DNA of 64,000 nt from a virus. The first letter of the stretch is position 1. Each line of letters begins with the position of its first letter. The translations under genes were made by a program, and so were the position numbers. The stretch is taken from the IMG/VR virus record IMGVR_UViG_3300042453_005575, positions 26,077 to 90,076 of that record; one strand, written 5' to 3'. Below the pieces are notes generated by a model that made no database searches, had not been told where the DNA came from, and saw only the letters and a program-made list of their open reading frames with translations. Below, in pieces: positions 57,830 to 64,000 of this stretch.

Positions 57830-58438
57830 ATGAGTATAGCAGTATTCGAACAACTTAATCTTGATGTTAACGATCAAACAGCTGACAAAACAATTGACGA
57901 CCTTAAAAAAGATATTGAAAGTACTAAAACAGCTATAACAAAGCAATTGTCGTCTGCCCCGAGTATCATAACCGAAGCTATAGAAAAATATAGAGCAATA
58001 AAACAAAATTTAAGTAGCCAAAAGGCTAAGTTGGCTGTGGCTATGCGTGAATTGGATGAAGAAACTCTGAAAACAAACAATGAAATTTCAAAGTTACAAA
58101 ATACTTTAGATATTTTATTATGCAAAGTCTCGCCAAAAACAAATCAATCTATATTACCTTTAGAAAAAAGAATGACTTTTGGTAATGTGGTTCTTGAAAC
58201 TTTTGTAGATAAGACGGTGCCCACTGTATCTAAAATTTTAACGTTAAAACAAATAGTTGAGCTAAACGAAGCTCATAAAATCACAATATGCCAAATCAAA
58301 TATTGGATTAAAAATGAAGGTAAAGATTATATAGAACAGACTAGTCGCCCGGTAGATACTAACGAAAGAGGCTTACGAACCTATTTTTTCAAATTAACCA
58401 AAGCTGGCCTAGAGCTAGCAAACAAAAACAATGCGTAA
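57830..58438 (+). CDS. Coiled-coil protein with C-terminal winged helix
   Basis: N-terminal heptads; RTYFFKLTKAGLELA wing. Confidence 0.5.
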   Translation: MSIAVFEQLNLDVNDQTADKTIDDLKKDIESTKTAITKQLSSAPSIITEAIEKYRAIKQNLSSQKAKLAVAMRELDEETLKTNNEISKLQNTLDILLCKVSPKTNQSILPLEKRMTFGNVVLETFVDKTVPTVSKILTLKQIVELNEAHKITICQIKYWIKNEGKDYIEQTSRPVDTNERGLRTYFFKLTKAGLELANKNNA

Positions 58439-58666
58439 AACCACACGAAGCTACAGAAAACACGGCTATTGCCGTAAAGTCGTAAAAGGCGCTCGGTCAG
58501 ACCACGGTAAGCTGAACGGAAGTTTGGCTATAGATCAACCTTTGGAAATTTTCAAAGGTAAGCCGTGTTTGACAGACTTTCGGGATAAAGCAAAAAATCC
58601 TGAGAATAAAAGACGTTCTCCGTGGAGAGGACAAACAACTGCAAAATACAAAGACGAAGGTAACCA

Positions 58667-58846
58667 ATGAAAAAAATGATACTGCTGCTATTACTCGTAA
58701 CAATCACTTATGCTTGGGCTAAATCGTACCAATATATATGTAATCGTTGCGGGTTTGTTGCGAGCTACGGAAAAATCGGAGCTTATCACTGCCCTAGTTG
58801 CCCGAAAGGCAATAGGTTTTATATGATGCCGATTAACTCGAAATAA
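58667..58846 (+). CDS. Secreted small protein with CxxC/CxxC motif (59 aa; below the track length cutoff)
   Basis: Manual translation MKKMILLLLLVTITYAWA-KSYQYICNRCG...YHCPSCPKG; ATGA overlap with the upstream stop; terminator follows. Confidence 0.65.
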   Translation: MKKMILLLLLVTITYAWAKSYQYICNRCGFVASYGKIGAYHCPSCPKGNRFYMMPINSK

Positions 58847-58851
58847 GGTAT

Positions 58852-58884
58852 AAAAGAGGGTTCTATCCCCTCTTTTTTTAGCTA
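58852..58884 (+). terminator. Intrinsic terminator ending T-tract-AGCTA
   Basis: AAAAGAGGG-loop-CCCTCTTTTTTTAGCTA. Confidence 0.75.
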
Positions 58885-58914
58885 TTAGCCCCTTAGTAAA
58901 TATTAGGCTATAAA

Positions 58915-58957
58915 TTGGTATAGTTATATGAGACAAAGAGAGCTACCAACTCTCTTT
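58915..58957 (+). promoter_or_regulatory. Repeated promoter-like motif plus hairpin (copy 3)
   Basis: TTGGTATAGTTATATG then AAAGAGAG-CTACCAA-CTCTCTTT. Confidence 0.6.
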
Positions 58958-58981
58958 AGGTATTATTTTTAATATAACAAT

Positions 58982-59593
58982 ATGAAACAACTGATGCTTA
59001 ATTTACAGCCGCAAGCCCCTACAGAGGCTGTTCTTATTATTGACGGAAGAATAGTGAAGAAAGTTGTGAGTAGCCTCGACATGTCAGAAAAAATTAGTGT
59101 GATGGAATATATCCCAAAATGGGGTGCGCTTGCAAAATATGCCAACGCAGAGCTTTCAAAAATAAATAATAGAATGCGTTGGAAAAGATATTATTTTGAA
59201 TTTGGTGAAATACAAGAATTAGAAATTTTTCATAAAAGTTTAAACAAAAAATTTCTTAAAGATTTCAAACCGGTTCTTATATCGACTAAAGCAGAAGAAG
59301 AAGGAAAAGATAAACTAAAAGAATTTATTGAGTTTTTGGGTCGAAAAAATTCACATATAGTTTTAGTCACGGATGATTATAATTTGATACCTTCTTTGGC
59401 TGATATAAAAAGTAAAAACAACGAATCCAGGTCTGTTGTTTTTTGCGGGTACTTGGAGCCCGCCACAACAGAGGCGTTAAAACAATATGACATCGATTGC
59501 TGGGACATTGTATCTAGTTGCAAAGCAGCTAGAGAAATACCGACGTTCAAGCCCATCAACTCTGAAGAATTCGACCCTTCAAAGTTGTTATAA
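58982..59593 (+). CDS. NYN/PIN-like domain protein (degenerate)
   Basis: VLIIDG, HIVLVTDDYNLIP...VVFCG resemble the LabA/DUF88 NYN fold. Confidence 0.5.
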   Translation: MKQLMLNLQPQAPTEAVLIIDGRIVKKVVSSLDMSEKISVMEYIPKWGALAKYANAELSKINNRMRWKRYYFEFGEIQELEIFHKSLNKKFLKDFKPVLISTKAEEEGKDKLKEFIEFLGRKNSHIVLVTDDYNLIPSLADIKSKNNESRSVVFCGYLEPATTEALKQYDIDCWDIVSSCKAAREIPTFKPINSEEFDPSKLL

Positions 59594-59625
59594 AAGGAAA
59601 GGGTAGCGCCTTTCCTTTTTTTAGC
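59592..59625 (+). terminator. Intrinsic terminator ending T-tract-AGC
   Basis: AAAAGGAAAGG-loop-CCTTTCCTTTTTTTAGC. Confidence 0.75.
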
Positions 59626-59657
59626 CCTCTACCCCCACTTCTATTAGCATAAATATA

Positions 59658-59700
59658 TTGGTATAACCTTGTGAAAGCCGGTTTTTATTTAACCGGTTTT
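59658..59700 (+). promoter_or_regulatory. Repeated promoter-like motif plus hairpin (copy 4)
   Basis: TTGGTATAACCTTGTG then AAAGCCGGTT-loop-AACCGGTTTT. Confidence 0.6.
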
Positions 59701-59725
59701 CTATCAACATAACCCAACCAACCAA

Positions 59726-60052
59726 ATGATAACAGAAAAAATAATGGAGTTTGAAAAAACTTTAAAAATCTACAGTCAAAACTTTCAAGACTGTGAATCA
59801 AACAGTATATTAGCAGATCAATTAGAAGACCACATCGCCGGGCTTGGTTTAACCATAATTCCTGTTTTACCTGTTTTGTTAGACCGGGGTTTAACAAACC
59901 AGCAAGATATTGTGGAAGTGTTCAAACATATCCGCCGCGTAATTAACCAAATTAAAAAAATAAAGACACCTTCTACCAACACTATATGTGTGGTAGAAAC
60001 ACTGAAATTATATCTTGTTTATGTACAGCATATGAATATCAGGAATAATTGA
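59726..60052 (+). CDS. Hypothetical protein
   Basis: Single ORF between the promoter motif and a terminator. Confidence 0.6.
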   Translation: MITEKIMEFEKTLKIYSQNFQDCESNSILADQLEDHIAGLGLTIIPVLPVLLDRGLTNQQDIVEVFKHIRRVINQIKKIKTPSTNTICVVETLKLYLVYVQHMNIRNN

Positions 60053-60060
60053 GCTTGATG

Positions 60061-60100
60061 AAAAAAGAGGAGCCTAAAAAAACTTCTCTTTTTTTAGCTA
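60061..60100 (+). terminator. Intrinsic terminator ending T-tract-AGCTA
   Basis: AAAAAAGAGGAG-loop-CTTCTCTTTTTTTAGCTA. Confidence 0.65.
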
Positions 60101-60228
60101 TCGCAACCCCCTCCTCCCCCCCGAGACAAACAACCACAATCGTGGGATAATGTATTGAATCTGCCCTGTATAGCATTACGCTTTCTGGCCCACAGATTTT
60201 AACCACCAACAAAATACTAAAACAACAT

Positions 60229-60669
60229 ATGATACCTGCAGTAATTCCACCAGCAATCGCTATCGCAAAAGTCGCATTCGCAGCCACCGGCGGCGCAGTC
60301 GCCGGAGGGGTAAGCGGCTTCTACATCGCTGGAAAAGCAATAGCAGTTGCAGAAAAAACCGGAAGTGCATTTAAATCACTAATGGTTCATCAGTCAACAA
60401 AAATTCAGCACGCGTTGGATAAACGTCGTGCTAAACAATTCGAAAAAGCCAAGATGAAGGCCAATTTAGCCGCTTTGAAAAAAGCAGTTAAACAAGAGGT
60501 CGTTCAAAACACCAACCCCGTGATTCAAGAAGAAGTAACCGGCATTGCTGTTTGCTCCACTTCTGGAACGGATGAACCTAAAAAATGGGGATGGTTCAAA
60601 AACCTTACTACTCGTAAGACACGAGTAGTTAAAATTACTCATCAACAACCTCAAGTTGTTGCTGGGTAA
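60229..60669 (+). CDS. Hypothetical protein with Gly/Ala-rich hydrophobic N-terminus
   Basis: AATGGAVAGGVSG glycine-zipper-like segment. Confidence 0.6.
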   Translation: MIPAVIPPAIAIAKVAFAATGGAVAGGVSGFYIAGKAIAVAEKTGSAFKSLMVHQSTKIQHALDKRRAKQFEKAKMKANLAALKKAVKQEVVQNTNPVIQEEVTGIAVCSTSGTDEPKKWGWFKNLTTRKTRVVKITHQQPQVVAG

Positions 60670-60736
60670 TTTCCGCCATTTGGTGGTAGGGAAAACGCCG
60701 GTTTGAATGTGGGTGGGACTCTTATTCAAACCGGGG

Positions 60737-60780
60737 GGTGCTCTGCTTTCGAAAGATTGCGGGGCACCTTTTTTTTAGCT
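60737..60780 (+). terminator. Intrinsic terminator ending T-tract-AGCT
   Basis: GGTGCTC...GGGGCACC-TTTTTTTTAGCT; preceded by an 11-bp stem CCGGTTTGAAT/ATTCAAACCGG (60698-60734). Confidence 0.7.
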
Positions 60781-60844
60781 TGTAGGTGCTTTTCTTATTT
60801 TTTATAATAAAATATTGTAAAATACAAAAAAATAAAGCTATATT

Positions 60845-63800
60845 ATGGCTAATCAAACAATTCCTCAACTTCCTGAAGCCACAACTTCAGCGTCCTCTGA
60901 TTTATTTCTAATTTTCCAAAATGGCACTACAAAACGTATTACTAAGCAATCATTGTTTGCTAGCATCGTTGGAACCCCTGGCCCTGCAGGAAAAAGTGTT
61001 TTAAATGGCGCAGTAAACCCTTCTTCCTCGGTAGGCACGATTGGTGATTTTTATATCAACATATCTACACATAGAATTTTTGGACCTAAGGCTGCTAGCG
61101 GTTGGGGAACCGGAGCTCCTTTGTTAGGGCCTCAAGGGCCTCAAGGGCCTATGGGTACTTCAATTAAAGTTTTAGGTACAGTGAATTTGACTAGTGATTT
61201 GCCGAGCACAAATAATAAACTAGGCGATAGCTATATAGTAGCAAACACAGGAGATTTATGGGTATGGGGTGGGATTAACTGGACCAATGTTGGAAAAATT
61301 GTCGGTCCCGCGGGTCCACAAGGACCGCAAGGTCTGAAGGGCGATACCGGAGCAACAGGGCTGACCGGGCCCACGGGTGCCACGGGTCCCGCGGGTCCGC
61401 AAGGACCGCAAGGCTTAAAAGGTGACACCGGAGCAACAGGGCTAACCGGACCCGCAGGTGCCACAGGTCCGCAAGGACCGCAAGGGTTGAAGGGTGATAC
61501 CGGATTGACTGGTGCCACGGGTCCGCAAGGACCGCAAGGCTTGCAAGGAGTTAAGGGCGATACCGGAGATACAGGGCTAACCGGACCCACAGGTGCCACA
61601 GGTCCGCAAGGACCGCAAGGGTTGAAGGGTGATACCGGATTGACTGGTGCCACGGGTCCGCAAGGACCGCAAGGCTTGCAAGGTGACACAGGGCTAACCG
61701 GACCCGCAGGTCCGCAAGGACCGCAAGGGTTGAAGGGTGATACCGGATTGACTGGTGCCACAGGTCCGCAAGGACCGCAAGGATTAAAGGGCGACACCGG
61801 AGATACTGGGCTAACCGGACCCGCAGGTCCGCAAGGACCGCAAGGCTTGAAGGGAGATACTGGAGCTACAGGTCCGCAAGGTCCGCAAGGATTAAAGGGT
61901 GACACAGGGCTAACCGGACCCGCAGGCGCCACAGGTCCGCAAGGACCGCAAGGATTAAAGGGTGACACCGGAGCAACAGGGCTAACCGGACCCGCAGGCG
62001 CCGCAGGTCCGCAAGGACCGCAAGGCTTGCAAGGCTTAAAAGGTGACACTGGGTTAACCGGACCCACGGGCGCCACAGGTCCGCAAGGACCGCAAGGATT
62101 AAAGGGCGATGTAGGCGCAAGTGTTAGAATACTTGGAAGCGTAATTAATTCAAGCTTACTTCCAACTTTAAATAACACTTTAGGGGATAGTTATATAGTA
62201 GACGCTGATGGAGATTTATGGGTATGGAATGGCGCTAATTGGAGCAGTGTAGGACAAATCGTGGGTCCGCAAGGCTTGCAAGGAGTTAAGGGCGATACCG
62301 GAGCAACAGGGCTAACCGGACCCACAGGCGCCACAGGTCCGCAAGGACCGCAAGGCTTAAAAGGTGACACCGGAGCAACAGGGCTAACCGGACCCGCAGG
62401 TGCCACAGGTCCGCAAGGACCTCAAGGCTTGCAAGGAGTTAAGGGCGATACCGGAGCAACAGGGCTAACCGGACCCGCAGGTCCGCAAGGACCGCAAGGC
62501 TTAAAAGGTGACACCGGAGCAACAGGGCTAACCGGACCCGCAGGTCCGCAAGGACCGCAAGGCTTAAAAGGTGACACCGGAGCAACAGGGCTAACCGGAC
62601 CCACGGGTGCCACAGGTCCGCAAGGACCGCAAGGTCTGAAGGGCGACACCGGAGCAACAGGGCTAACCGGACCCGCAGGTGCCACGGGTCCCACAGGTCC
62701 GCAAGGACCTCAAGGCTTGCAAGGAGTTAAGGGCGATACCGGAGATATAGGGCTAACCGGACCCGTAGGTCCGCAAGGACCGCAAGGACCGCAAGGATTA
62801 AAGGGTGATACCGGATTGCCTGGCGCCACAGGTCCGCAAGGACCGCAAGGCTTGCAAGGAGTTAAGGGCGATACCGGAGATACAGGGCTAACCGGACCCG
62901 CAGGTCCGCAAGGACCGCAAGGACCGCAAGGATTAAAGGGTGACACCGGAGATACTGGGCTAACCGGACCCGCAGGTCCGCAAGGACCGCAAGGGTTGAA
63001 GGGTGATACCGGATTGACTGGTGCCGCAGGTCCGCAAGGACCGCAAGGAACTGCTGGGGCATCAGGAAAAAGCATCTTAAGCGGTATTGCAGATCCTGCT
63101 TCAAACACTGGTACTGACGGAGATTTCTATATTAACACAACTACAAATCTAATTTTTGGACCTAAAACTGCAGGGAATTGGGGTATAGGTACAGCAATAA
63201 TCGGACCACAAGGTGCCACAGGTCCGCAAGGACCGCAAGGGTTGAAGGGTGACACCGGAGCAACAGGGCTAACCGGACCCGCAGGTGCTACAGGTGCCGC
63301 AGGTCCGCAAGGACCGCAAGGGTTGAAGGGTGACACCGGAGATACTGGGCTAACCGGACCCGCAGGTCCGCAAGGACCGCAAGGCTTGCAAGGAGTTAAG
63401 GGCGATACCGGAGCAACAGGGCTAACCGGACCCGCAGGTGCTACAGGTGCCACAGGTCCACAAGGTGCTACAGGCGCTACAGGTCCGCAAGGACCGCAAG
63501 GACCGCAAGGTGCCACAGGTCCACAAGGTGCTACAGGCGCTACAGGTCCGCAAGGCCCTGCAGGTAGTGTGTTAGCCGCGGCCGCTTGGACTTGGAATAG
63601 TGGGCTTGTGAATGTCGAAAATAATACCGACACTATCATGCCTCTACCTACACAAATCTATAATACCGACACAGCAACATTTGAAAGAGTTAATAACCGC
63701 ATTAATATAAAAACTGCAGGAAAATACAGATTCACAGTTTTTTATAAATCTTTCGATATGCACAGCAATATTATATTTAGAATATTTTTACAATCCACAA

Positions 63801-64000
63801 CATCAAGCACATCCTCACTTCCTTTTACAAACGTGCGAAATTTAAGTAGGTGTATAGGAAATGGGCAGTCAGTCACAGATTCTGCAGAAAGAGCATGGTC
63901 AGACTCTGCTGTAATAGACGTAACTGGAAATACCTGGTACGCGATAGTTCTACTCGCGAATATAAATAGACCTTTCCCTTCAGGAAACGATGGAACTGCC
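60845..64000 (+). CDS. Collagen-like tail fibre / receptor-binding protein (3' end beyond window)
   Basis: ATG at 60845 ([10 protein letters not shown]); start and window end are in the same frame (1052 codons); long Gly-X-Y runs ([15 protein letters not shown]), repeated globular spacers and a beta-rich C1q/BclA-like C-terminal domain. Missing from the track because no stop lies in the window. Confidence 0.88.
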   Translation, partial: MANQTIPQLPEATTSASSDLFLIFQNGTTKRITKQSLFASIVGTPGPAGKSVLNGAVNPSSSVGTIGDFYINISTHRIFGPKAASGWGTGAPLLGPQGPQGPMGTSIKVLGTVNLTSDLPSTNNKLGDSYIVANTGDLWVWGGINWTNVGKIVGPAGPQGPQGLKGDTGATGLTGPTGATGPAGPQGPQGLKGDTGATGLTGPAGATGPQGPQGLKGDTGLTGATGPQGPQGLQGVKGDTGDTGLTGPTGATGPQGPQGLKGDTGLTGATGPQGPQGLQGDTGLTGPAGPQGPQGLKGDTGLTGATGPQGPQGLKGDTGDTGLTGPAGPQGPQGLKGDTGATGPQGPQGLKGDTGLTGPAGATGPQGPQGLKGDTGATGLTGPAGAAGPQGPQGLQGLKGDTGLTGPTGATGPQGPQGLKGDVGASVRILGSVINSSLLPTLNNTLGDSYIVDADGDLWVWNGANWSSVGQIVGPQGLQGVKGDTGATGLTGPTGATGPQGPQGLKGDTGATGLTGPAGATGPQGPQGLQGVKGDTGATGLTGPAGPQGPQGLKGDTGATGLTGPAGPQGPQGLKGDTGATGLTGPTGATGPQGPQGLKGDTGATGLTGPAGATGPTGPQGPQGLQGVKGDTGDIGLTGPVGPQGPQGPQGLKGDTGLPGATGPQGPQGLQGVKGDTGDTGLTGPAGPQGPQGPQGLKGDTGDTGLTGPAGPQGPQGLKGDTGLTGAAGPQGPQGTAGASGKSILSGIADPASNTGTDGDFYINTTTNLIFGPKTAGNWGIGTAIIGPQGATGPQGPQGLKGDTGATGLTGPAGATGAAGPQGPQGLKGDTGDTGLTGPAGPQGPQGLQGVKGDTGATGLTGPAGATGATGPQGATGATGPQGPQGPQGATGPQGATGATGPQGPAGSVLAAAAWTWNSGLVNVENNTDTIMPLPTQIYNTDTATFERVNNRINIKTAGKYRFTVFYKSFDMHSNIIFRIFLQSTTSSTSSLPFTNVRNLSRCIGNGQSVTDSAERAWSDSAVIDVTGNTWYAIVLLANINRPFPSGNDGTA
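61304..63565 (+). repeat. Tandem 9-nt-period collagen repeats
   Basis: Recurring GGTCCGCAAGGACCGCAA, GGTGACACCGGAGCAACAGGGCTAACCGGACCC units in shuffled order. Confidence 0.9.

Noticed and set aside
61304-63565. Possible CRISPR array or non-coding tandem repeat
   Set aside because: Repeats have codon periodicity, keep the frame open and have no unique spacers
61231-63639. Minus-strand Pro/Cys/Val-rich ORFs ([10 protein letters not shown] repeats)
   Set aside because: Antisense shadows of the plus-strand collagen Gly-X-Y gene
1-64000. Alternative genetic code (stop reassignment) as seen in some large phages
   Set aside because: Core genes are full length under the standard code; TAA, TAG and TGA all end genes; no suppressor tRNA found

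Overview
This AT-rich, gene-dense 64-kb segment comes from a large (probably jumbo) tailed dsDNA phage, with no sign of stop-codon reassignment. It starts with a partial GpA-like terminase large subunit on the minus strand (not in the ORF track). A long plus-strand block follows: a Ycf46-type AAA+/DUF1257/DUF2997 module, then a replication/recombination/repair module (SbcCD, SF2 helicase, primase, DnaB, a divergent family A polymerase with a UDG-like N-terminus, putative SSB, RecA, RuvC-like resolvase, OGG-like glycosylase, UvsE, DNA ligase). The window also holds nine tRNAs, a large structured RNA resembling the manA motif, two RNA ligases and many small hypothetical genes. A minus-strand block encodes a lysis cassette and a probable portal protein, followed by single-gene promoter/terminator cassettes and a collagen-like tail fibre that runs off the end (also not in the ORF track). 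The main candidate novel system is a ubiquitin-like gene cluster inside the replication module (18520-22667): a beta-grasp-like protein ending Gly-Gly-Cys, a 692-aa unknown with a candidate E2-like C-terminal Cys domain, a degenerate exonuclease, a JAB/MPN protease and an E1/ThiF enzyme. All family assignments come from manual motif recognition; no database searches were run.
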